From: Fimbriosthenelais zetlandica
Taxonomy: Eukaryota
DNA: 64,000 nucleotides
Assembly: GCA_977030845.1 (NCBI GenBank)
Contig: OZ365113.1
Coordinates: 19,840,001-19,904,000 of the forward strand
Direction of reading: 5' to 3'
In this document: piece after piece, positions 49,501-61,100 of the stretch
Layout of the letters: each line of letters starts with the position of its first letter
How positions within the stretch are numbered: the stretch's first letter is position 1
Translations under genes and position numbers: made by a program
The notes under the pieces: generated by a model
What the model saw: only the letters and a program-made list of their open reading frames with translations
The model's database searches: none
Told to the model about the DNA's origin: nothing

Positions 49501-52089
49501 GTAGCCGGGACTGAACGGAAAAAGTCAATTTCACTGCTTGTTTCCTAATCGATGATAATTTAATAGACTAGTCTCATGTTAAGAAATAAGATGCGGCCGG
49601 AGAGTGACATAATGATGCGGGTCTAAAATTAACGCCCTTTGTCCATTGCAAAGGACCGGCATGTTTTTTTTTGCCATAATGAAGGAACAGTGAACTTCTG
49701 TGGCCCTGTGACAAAAGCCCTTCCGAAAAATGAGGTTGCTGACCTTGGCATCAATTAAGGTTTTTGGAAAGAAATCTTTCCAAAATTAGAGGGAGCAATG
49801 AATTGAAATCCATTGGCCAGGCTTCTTTCCACATCCCAATGCAGTTGTTTCCTGATTCAGAGAGGAAGTATAATCTCATTTCCTCTAATTTATAGTCCCA
49901 TATTATACCCCTAAATATAGCATCTCTTTCCCTGCTACCCGAACAGGAAATAACCATTTCCTGGCTGAGATCTTAAAATACATATATAATACCCCTTTAT
50001 CAGTGGCCTTCACGTATGTGATAATGCCTATAGGGATGAAGTTATTATCTATTCATCCCTACCCCATGATAGATGGGTATGAGCCCATAGTGCTGAGATA
50101 TTTAAGATAGATTGTCCCTGGGGATAAGGAAGCATACGGACTTAATGATGGTTCCCATATACTTTCATTAATTATTCCTTGTTTCATTAGAGATGGTCTA
50201 TAGACTATAGTCTCAAGTCTTTGAGCACGAAGTATTTAAGGGCGAAGAAAGCAAAAGCATTTTGATTTGATGAAATACTTGTGGAACGCAATCTAAAGGT
50301 CTGAAATAAAGTGATCATAGATGCCCCGAATCTCCATGTAAATTTATTATTCTGCTCATGAATACATTTACTTGCCGTGTTATCTTTCTAATATATATCT
50401 GTCTGAGTTCTAAGACAGCTAATTACCATGTTCTGACTTAATTACTCTAATTTAATTCAATATTCTTCATCACAACATGACAAGACATCCATATTCGAAA
50501 TGAAATATACATGTATGAATATGAAACCACATTAGGAAATTCCTTAATTGTCTTTTTCAGAACTCTGTATTTTCTCACATGAATGTGGTAATTGCAATTC
50601 CCACTTTTCCTTTGTAGAACTTTTGTACCTCTGTGAATTGAAGTGAATTAGCAAACCATTCAGCGACTGCATGTCTCTCTTTCTCAGCATATAGAAACTA
50701 GAGAGGATTTCCACATCACTGGAACCCCCACATTCAATGCCTGCCATCATCATTGCCTCCTTTCACAAAATATTTGCTTTGATAATGTATTTGTTTCCAG
50801 GGGACTTTGCTCGGCAGTACTCAAAGATGTCATGATTACATTCCATTAGGGAGCGACCTAAGCTTTCATTTATTATTGATTTGTCCACTTAAATTCCATT
50901 CCATTATGGCAGTATAAACATAGGCCCAGATGAACAAATTAGTCATGTTTTGTTCCCAAATGGAATCCATGCAATACAAAGATATTTTTTCTTTATGAAT
51001 TCATACCTGTTGATCCATTGACCTTGTCCCTCCTTTTATTTTAATTTCGCGAATATTTAATACCATTGATGAACTAAAATTCAAATTCAACACAATGCAA
51101 TCTACATACTTGATCAGGACCTATCTGACACTATGTTCCCTGCCTAACCAATACAAATGCTTTATACCAAGCAGGACAGAGGAGGTTAATTGCCTCTTGA
51201 ACAAAATCATCTGGCCTGAGGGCTACTATGGGCGTTGCTAGAAGAAGCGAGACTCAATGTTCACCATGCATTCAGCATTGCTCAAAATCCAATTACGAGT
51301 GTCTCATTCATGAGGGCTGACCCGTTGGAGTGGGTCCTCAGGAGTGCTATGCCAGCATGTGAGATTGGTCTGGAGAAGGTCAAGTTTGTCTATATGCTTA
51401 CACACTGCCTGGAACCAAAAACAACTGCCTTTTGTATTCAGCTCCTGCAGTATGTTCTGCTTATGGACATGTATGTCAAGAATTGCTCAGATTGTAGGAT
51501 GACTTATTCGCCCCAGTGCTTTAAATTGTTGCCACATTGTTTCCTCTGAAGGTAACGTTACTATTATCTTCGGTTTCTATTCAAATCTGTTGTGGGGTTC
51601 TTATGAAATACTTGATGAGTTTGTATGAATAGTTGTCACTGCAACAAATTTGCGTGTCCAGATGAGAAGACAGGTCATTGATAGTCCAGCTTGATCTCCT
51701 GAGGTTCCTGCACGACATCTGTGGTGAGAAACGGGGGGAGACTTAAAGTTGTCTTGAAGGAGGAGCACTCGGCGTGATTGGAATTCCAATGGACAGGGTC
51801 ACTCTCCCCCTTGCACCATTTGTTTGCTTGCTGAGGTCCAGGGATTGTTTGCTGCTTTGGCATTTCTCTGTCAGGAGATTCCAGGATATTCGAAAATCCC
51901 CGTCTGTTATCAGGCTAGCTTAGCCGGTTCCAGTTTGGGAAAACAAGATTTGACAGATTGACAATAAGGTGTGACCATAATGGATGATTTTCAGCATCTG
52001 AAACCAGAGAGTCAATACAGAGATGGACAGAGGGTTAAATAGTGGACTGGTATCGTCCGTTAGCTTTAAATGGAACAGGAAATATCTGC

Positions 52090-52440
52090 AAGCACTTCCG
52101 TGAGGAACCGCCGACCCTCTTTCTGCACCATTGACCCTGATAACACCCTCTTCACGAGCGCCAGTCCCATCAACATCAGATACTCATCTGGTTAAGAACC
52201 ACCCCAGTCAAACATCAGAGGGGAGTCCCGGTTATTCCATTGCTGCCATTTGCCCTTTTCACCCGGAAAACATCAAACAGCCAAAACACTTCAGCTCTGA
52301 TTGTCCCCTTTTTTGTGGCCGCATTATGGAATCTCGGGTCCCCGTCTGACTGCCTCCACCCTTTCCGCTATGGCTAGAATCCCATGTTTGCCTCTGACCA
52401 CTTCCAGACCTGAGAGGTAATGAGTTTGATGGATCTGCCA
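52090..52440 (-). mobile_element. Possible decayed LTR-retrotransposon gag/protease relic
   Basis: One interrupted - frame: ...RPQKRGQSELKCFGC(LMFS)G*KGQMAA (zinc-knuckle-like; CFGC at 52277-52288), followed ~35 codons later by GVIRVNGAERGSAVPHGSA (52091-52147), with spacing like VNGxExxxxxDTGS. Key residues (His, last Cys, catalytic DT) are not intact. Confidence 0.25.
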
Positions 52441-54289
52441 TGTCCCAGTCAATACGGAGAGATAAGCATGAGGGCGTGTCCGCACTTTAGGGCCGACAAT
52501 GACCTTGCCTCGTTAGGCCTTTCCCAGCTTTTATTGACAGAGGTCAATGAAGTAAGCTCCAAGACCTGTCGAAGTGCCCTCCCGGGAAGGGCTTCATATA
52601 GATTACCCAATTCCCTGCCCAGGTCGAAGACGATTGCCATACCCGGTATGGAAATGTATTTTGGGCTGTGAGTGCAGGCTCTTTTAGCCCTCTGATTCAT
52701 CGCCAACGATCAGCTGTCAGGTCTAGTCTGACGGAGGATCCCTCCTGACCTGTAAATGAACTCAGAAGTGGGAGAAAAAAGTAGCAGTGGTAACTGTTTT
52801 CGTCCAAGGAAGTAGAAGAAAAGAACCCAATAGATTCATATAGTGTTCAGGTCCATTCTACTAAGACCAGTGTGCTTTATCACAGAGAGAAGTGACAAGC
52901 CTTTAGATAGCTGTGTCTGTGGGGGATTGCTTGATATAGCCCAGAGGAAAACCCCATCGGTAAGGGTTCTGAGCTTACTGGGAGCAAAGAATATTGATGG
53001 TTTGATTTTTGGATCGAAGACTTAATGTTCAGCCTCCCAGAAGGAAATTAGGGCCTCTGGTTTGGACTCTGGTCAGGTTCCCAGGATCCCACAACTGAAT
53101 GCCCAAGTGGACAGCACAGGAAGGATGGACCTGTGCACTGTCCAAACTTCAGACTGGAACCAGAACGTGATGCTTGCAGCTAGTCTCAATGCCTCAACCG
53201 CTGGCTATAATTTATTAAATCTTATACTCTGCCACTTCTAATTATATTCACCCATAGGGATGTCATTCTGAATGAGAAAAGAATGCTCCATCTTAGAGTT
53301 CCCCGCTAATATAACTCTCCCAATACAGAGGTCAGTAATAGATGACAGAAGTTGATCAGGGCCATTTAAATGGATGTGTGCCTGGTTTTCTCACCTGTTT
53401 CAATATCAAATCCACCTAGAGCAGTCTCGGTTAGGTATCGACTCGAACAGTAGGAACCAAATATGGATAAACTGCTTTATACAGTTTGTATACTGGAATG
53501 AAAAGATACCAATTCCGTGTGGGCACTTTTCTCATTTCCCATGCTCCGTGTCATAGATGGGGAGGCAGTATAGTGCTACCTTTTGACACCCTCACTCATT
53601 CTCCCATAGATCTGCATCGGTCCAGAGATCACAGGATCAGCCCATTTCAAGGGCGAAGATATCGGTAGATAGTAACACAGGGTCTCTCTCCATCTCCTCC
53701 TCCTAAGAGCCGTGTCTAAGGCGGGTGGGGAGGTCTATCAATGGATGAAAAGCTCATGAGATGGTGACCGATGGGCAGCATCTTTTCCAGACCGTCCCCT
53801 GGGATGTGACCTTTCTCTCGATCATCTCTCAAATGTGGCGAAACTTTCACTTTTAGATGAAACACATGACAAGGGCTTGTCCCTGGATGATCTGGTACTT
53901 TTGTCACCTCTAGATAAACATATCTTTAGATATAAACACATCTTTTCCTGACATCATTTAAGTATTTGTTCTCCTACTTCATCAGGTATCAATTAGTTTT
54001 TGGCAACCAACCAGAAGGGCTTTTGGAATTAACAAGGGCTTTTGAAATTCATTCATATTGAAAGAGGTTGAAATGTGATGGAGCATTTGTCATGTGTCAC
54101 TCGTGAATATGCAGGACATACACATGTGTGAAGTGTCACATTGACACTTGCTAGTTCACGGGGTTGACACTAAGAGGTGCAACTCATTACTGCCATCTCC
54201 ACTAGGTGACATCAGAAGAGGAAACAGCCATCGTCATGTGAAGGGTGACATGTTACAGGAAGGCGTTTGTCATCCAGACGATAATAGGA

Positions 54290-54430
54290 CAGTTGGGTGG
54301 TAGTGGGTTATTACTAGATGTTCTCCACTTTATTGGCTAAAATAACCTACGTCAGCTTCTCATCAGGCCTGCCTCACTAAGTAGCCCATTTCCCAGATAA
54401 CTCCGGCTTCCTCCACACATCAGGTAGAGC
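54290..54430 (+). mobile_element. Possible decayed SINE fragment
   Basis: ACTCCGGCTTCCTCCAC (54400-54416) resembles the conserved TACTCCGGTTTCCTCC(C)AC central motif of V-/Meta-type SINEs (recalled). A-box-like GGTGGTAGTGGGTTA upstream; no clear B box. Confidence 0.3.
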
Positions 54431-54597
54431 GATCATCATTATGCTCTAGCTTTTTTGTCATGGACCACCCCAAGACTCTTTTTTTTTCTTTTCACATTCC
54501 TCTAATACAGTATAGAAGTACACACTTTTATTATAATAAAAAGCCTGTACCCTCATTTTTTCGCCAAACCTATCAGGAGCCTGTTGGTTCATACATG

Positions 54598-54627
54598 TAT
54601 GCAATATACGATTATGCAATATACGCA
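54598..54627. repeat. 15-bp tandem duplication
   Basis: tatgcaatatacgat / tatgcaatatacgca. Confidence 0.8.
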
Positions 54628-55126
54628 TATTATTTCTCATAAAAAGCTACCGTCTCAGGTTGAGTATGCATGTATGTTATAAAGTATATATATATCTGAC
54701 TCTCACCTCTTTTTACGGTCCATTTTAGCCTCCAAGACAAGCTTGGCATTCAGTGAACAATGTATTATTCACCAAATGGCCCTTCATTTATTCCTGGAGG
54801 CAAGAAAGAGGATAAGTATGCTACACTTAGTGAAAATACTCCATGACTTAGGAGTGACACCATAAGGCCCTTTGTAAGAAGATTCCTGGCGGATAGACTG
54901 AAACTGCCATTAACCTTTAGTGTAAACAGCCTTAGCTGTAGGCAGCGGACATATTCTGACTTATTCCATGCGTCATTTCTGCCCAAAGCCCCCAGCATTG
55001 GCTATTCACAAGCTATAAGGGCATATATTATCATGCCGACACTGAAAGCCCTCGGAATGGCCCTTACTGCAGAGTTATTCTTTCCCCTAGCCCAGCTCTG
55101 CACATATTGTCAAACTCCGATGGTTG

Positions 55127-55170
55127 GTCACGTGATCCAATAAGTAGCTGTCTTGTACAACATGGCCGCC
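55127..55170 (+). promoter_or_regulatory. Promoter-like cluster: E-box, CCAAT, YY1
   Basis: GTCACGTGAT (55127-55136), CCAAT (55137-55141), CAACATGGCCGCC (55158-55170). Confidence 0.45.
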
Positions 55171-58100
55171 GTGTCAGAACAAATTAGCCTCGTTTGAGAA
55201 TGGGCCCCTACAAGTTGTGCTTAAAAGGTCAGGAAGGGCCTGGTTGGTGAGAGGCCGAAATAAAAGCACAGTGGAAATTTGTTGACTGGGCATGAACACC
55301 GGGGATTTTAATCTCACAGGCAGGTCTATTGATGGAAAATCAATCATTCCCTTCTATGCTTTCTTGACAGTGATTTATTAGGGAAATACTTGACTCACTG
55401 CATCTTTGTGTGGGCTGGATAGCCCAGCTGTCATCTAGACTCTTCTCCTTGCCCAGTAACGAATGTGATAAGCGTATTTAATAAGGAGAATGGATTGTGG
55501 AATAAATGTTTTTCTCCATTATCAATCTAAGGGTGTCAATCACTTTAGAAGTTGTTTAATACTGACAATTTATCATGAAGGTTGAATTGTTTTGTTGAAT
55601 TGAATAATTGAGTGCCGGGGAAAATTGAATGTCTGAGTGAAGAACACTGTCATGTAACTTCTCATGGAGTCTTTGTCTTGCTTCTTGGAGGAATTTAAAA
55701 GCATCTTTGATCCCCATGAAACATCAATACTTGTACGACCACATCCCATGCAGACTTTCCCACGAAGCATCAATGCTTTTAAATTGGCAATATAGATGAG
55801 ATGTGCCTTGGGATGTATTGTATTTCTTTTCTGAGATTTAAACTCTTCATGTATTAACTACTATTGAAACTTGTGAAAATTTTGTTGAAAATGATATGGA
55901 TCGAGTAATTGAACCTCCTCGATCTTCAACAATTTTGCAGGTCTTCTTGCTCTTTTTGTTTGAGATTATTGGGCAAGATTTGGCAAACCCACCAGCTCTG
56001 TTTGAATGTCATTCGATGTCTATTCACCAAGAGATTCTGTTTCTTCACAAAATACAAAAGGTTCATTGCACTTCAGCCAGCTGCAACTGTTCCCTTTGAG
56101 AAACACGGTTTCTTATTTCCCGAATGGTGTCAGATGTTGGACTAAGACCCTTTCCCATTTCTTTCCATGACGCTGTTGAAATAAGAGATCTTCATAGAAT
56201 CCCTAATTCAATAACTTAGTCCCAGATCCCTGTCAGATCTCCTGTGCCAAATATTAGTGTTTTCGTGTGTGATTTACGCGCGATAGAAATTGCGCATTTA
56301 TTTGGCCTTCTGCTTTCTTGTTTGATTTGCCAGCTCAAATTCCAGTAATTTCCAGGACCAAATGCTGGTATAGTTGGTCGATCTGCTAAGCTTTAAGAAT
56401 GTGCTCCATTCCACGGAAGAAGCCTCTTACAGATCCTTGTGTCCTCTCAACATCAGAGGAATATTTTATGGCTAGTCCTTCACAGGGTTCCTTCTCCAAG
56501 GAGACTACTGGGGGAAGACCTCAAAGACCACACCTTAAGTATAGTCAACCTAGCAGCTAAGGCTCCTCCAATCACCCCTCAAATACTCTAAAGGATAAGA
56601 AGTAAAAGATAAGATATACGCAAAAAGAGGTTGATACCATCAGATAAGAATGATCATAGTATTCCCCGGTCTAAATGGAAGGGCCTTCGCTAAGCCGTGA
56701 TGTCACATCTGAACTGCCCGCTTTCCAATGCCCCGCACCAGCCTCGAGGCATAACCAATATCTCTGTTGATATTGGATGCCCCCTTCTATGGGCGAGATC
56801 ATATTTGAAGAGATATCTACGGGGATTTAGCCCCAATTTACAAAGGATCCATGCCAGGATGGGACGAATTAATTCGATTTGTCTGCCATACATTTTCACA
56901 AATGGAACAAAGGACATTTAAAACTAGTGTTCTGTGTAGTATCACGTGAAATTTAACTGCATGCCTCTATTCAGAATACTGAATGAAGGTGGATAGATCA
57001 TTATAATCCTATTGAAAGACTTTCAGATATTTTGTGATTTCTTACCATGGTGTGTCAGATAAAGTTTCTGAAATTGTTTATATGCAGCTCTTTGAAAAAA
57101 AAGCATTTTATGAAGACAAAGCCTATTTCCCTGATCATAGACTTGGGTCACCATTTCTTTAGATACTTGTACTTTAGGACGTATCTGCCTCCTAAAAAAT
57201 ACCACCTCAAGGGACTGACTAATGCCAGGAGAGGATACTCCTGGCGTCAACTTCCTGTCTGCATAGTCACCATTTTTTTCCTTGTCTGCCAGCCACAAGA
57301 AGATAAAAAGAAGTAAGAAGATGTAAAGATGGATGATGAAGAGGCAGCCTTCTCTCTTGACACTTGCCTTGTAGCCTCCTTGTGTCCAGCTATTCATTGG
57401 ATTCACGCAGCAGGTGAACCACCACCAGGCTCCATCCATTATTAAACATACTATCACAAACCAGGCGGAGCGACTCAGAGCAGGTCAGTCAGAGCAACTC
57501 AGCCACAACTACGTCGAGACCTGTGCATACTCTTTCTATAGGCTTAATCACTCGCTAACTAAGCCAAGATCTGCTTGTGTCTCATCATTGATTAATGGTT
57601 TGTGTATTTCTATTAAACTAAACTATTTTTAAAATGAATGTGGTTTTAGTGACCATTGTCTCTTGGCTCTTTGGCCTTAGATGGTCATTATCCTGGGGGT
57701 CTTTCCTGGTATGTTTCCGTGCACCAAGTAGTATACCGTCTTACCCACACACTCGTCACGCCCTCCCATCTTTTTTTCTACTCTTGACCCAAGCACCCAT
57801 CGCTTTTTCTGCCCAAACCGCCCAAGCTTATCACAACTGTTTCATTATTCAAAGATAGTGGAGCCTGTGTGGAGGATGACTGGTAGGCGGGTTGATATCA
57901 GGATGAAGACGGAAGTTGGAGGTGGGGTACAGGGGGGAGTATAAGAGGGTGACACATGACAGATTGATAGCTCTAATCCTTCCCCAGGCATTAAGTTATC
58001 TCTGAAGGTACTACCACGTCTATTGCATGGGGTGTCGAGGCAATTTTGTCCTCTAAATGAAGGCTGATGGAATAACAAATAAGTGCCTTAGATGTTGACT

Positions 58101-61100
58101 CTTTGAAACTGGTACACTGCTGCAAAGGAAAGTTCTGCACAGGCTCTATGAACCACATTTCCATATTCTTTGCATATCTCAGATGATTGCATATTAAGTC
58201 CCGTGAGTTTATGGAGTCACTGTACATACTAGTTTACATTCAGTGACAAAAGGATATCTACTTTCCATAAACTACTAGGCCTATAGTGGCGAAGGAATCC
58301 TGTAGGTGGGATCCCGAAGATGTACGACTTAGATATGTTCTATCGATAACTTACACCTGACATTTGGAGAATAAGCAGCGGTTTTATGGAAACCAATCAT
58401 TCATATAATAATTATACTCTCAGATATTTTGATAATCGCTGCTTGTATTGGGCTCCGAAATCGTTTTCACGAAGAGGTGTGTCTGAACTTTTTTTTATCG
58501 CTCTTGGCATTTTGGCATTGGTTACGTCAGGTCATTGGTTTTTTCCGGAGTTAAGACCCCATGTTGTTCACTTTACCACTAGCGCACCATCCAACTGTCA
58601 ATAAAATGCAATATCCTCACTATTGGATTGTATAGCTGTCCCCAGAGAGGGCAGAAGTAGTATATGGGAACTGGCAATTGAAGCGGGATATTGAGCAATA
58701 AAGGGAGCAGCATTATGGGGAGGCATTTATCCATTGAAAAGGCTCGACATTTTTACCTTGAATATAGGCCACGTATATATGAGATCGATTACAGTGTTGT
58801 ATGGAGGTTGAGGACAATGTGGGGGCGAGGGACATGGCCCTTTAGACATCCAATTATTGGGCCAGAAATGAGATTAACATGCAGTCTGTGGCTGTAGCAC
58901 TTTCTCCTCTTGTGAGTGCTGCGACTAAATGTTTAATGTTAACAGCCACTTTCCCAACTCTATCTCACCGATGCTTTCTAAAGGATCGCCACTAAACCTA
59001 CATGGATAGAATTTAAGCATCTTTCTTTCCAAAAACCTGAAAAAAAGTTGCGTTTGCTTTCATCATATGAAGCCCCTGCATCAACCATCCTACTTTCAGA
59101 AGCAGCCTACAAATTTGTTTGAAGTAGAAAACGACCATGTGATCTCTTTGTATTATCAGATTATTAAATACGGCATCATTTGTGTGTCTCAGCTAGGTGT
59201 ACAGCAGGGTTGTGTATATCTGCCCGCAGGACAAACTAATAGGAATCTTGAAGCGTATTAGATTCCAATAGAATTACACACTAAGACCCTGAAGTATGGA
59301 AGCTAATCTGCTAATGTGATGTAATCCCTCAGGACAGTTTTTACACTACAGGTTTAATCCTGAGGTGGCCATTGAGCTACTGACTTGCAACTCACTACTT
59401 GTACAATTGTGCGATGTCAAATGTTTCTGCCTTGCCTAGACTATTTAAAAAAGTATATTTAGTGACAGTCAGCAGAATGAGAATGTGTGAATTCCATGCA
59501 TATATACATCCAAGACAACTCAAAAAGTGTAGTAATGTCGTGGAATATGAGTTTCCATCCTAAGAGCTCGCATATGATATTCGCATGGAATATTTTCCTA
59601 ACATCAGGATATCTATTGTCTAATCAAGAGTGTGAGCTGGTATCCATCCATAACAGGCTCTATAAAAATTCTAAATTTAAAAAAAGCTCATCCCCTCTTC
59701 CTGGCTCTAGTAACGCAATCGACTATTATAGATGATCTGCATGTTGTACACTTCTGGTTAACTTAAAGGAAAAGCTTGTATAGTTGAGGCTGAGGTTGTT
59801 TTGGATGAACCAGCGTCAATGAGAGAAGCATGAGAGGGAGAGGCAGGAGGAGGATGGTATGATTACATTGATCTATGTTGGTGATCTTCTCACCCCGTCT
59901 GCCTGGCCGCCATGACAGGGGGCCAGCTGGCCAGCCTCTTCCCTGCTCCACCAGGTCAAAGATCACCAATGAACAGCGACGTTTATAGGTCAAAATCTAT
60001 AAGATATCTCAGAGAATAGCACCACTAATAGCATTCTCCTCAACACCTTGAGATTTTGTACATTCACGATCTTATGTATTGCCATATAGCTATAAAAATA
60101 CTTCCCAAATAGATGCACATGCTCATCTATGACTTTCTCTGACATGCTTTGTTTGACAAGGTTTTCCCTTATAAAAGGACTGTGTCTAGGGTCTTTTAAA
60201 GCACCTATAAAGACTGAATGTATCATCTGCCAGGCATGTTTTGACGTCCATTCTACCTGCACAAAAAGGCTTTCCGGAGCTTGGAAATTGATATTCTCTG
60301 CATCCTCCGCTGATGGTTGTCTAGGACTGCGGTAGGCTTTGTGTTGGTATGCTATGAGCCCGGCAAGGTCAGTGTAAGTTGTACATTATGCTGTGGGGAT
60401 TACTGGGGATTGTTCCAAGATCCGCATCATAATGGCTCTTTCCTGGGGGACCAGCCTTTATACCAGGCCGTAAATGTTTCCATTGCCAGGCTGTCTACCA
60501 CCCAACTTTTACACTGAAAATCCATCACGACGCCATGTGTGCCAATATCGGGATAATCCCCCAGCATTGCACATGGCCATGTCTTATCATGTCCTGACCC
60601 AGATTATTCCGGCTATCTTAATTGAACTGTGATTGTGGGCTCTCACTGAGCTCTTCAGGGACCCTCTGATGCAGGCCAAATCCATGGCTTTTCAACAATC
60701 TAGTCACGCAGATTCCTAATTCACCAGTCTTATGGTGAGGTTTTATGGACGACGTAACATCAGTGGAATCTTTAAAAGACTGCCCAACTTCAGGTGTTGT
60801 AGGACTCGTTTTTGTGTAAGGAAAATCGGATGTTGGACCTCAGAACTTGGCACAAATTAGTTTAGTTCAATGTTGTATTTTTTGTAACTGCACTGCTGTC
60901 GCTGTAGTTTAAGTAGTTTAGTTTGAATGATTGGGGTTACTTTGGCAATTGAGCCACCCTGATTGTTTTATATGCTGTAGGGAGATGGGGAAGTTTCCAA
61001 TTTGATTCCGGACAAGACTCTATGCCCCGAACTCATAAAGAGAGATTATTGATCGGTTGTAACATTAGGGGACGATCCCACTGTCCCATGCCACTCTGAC

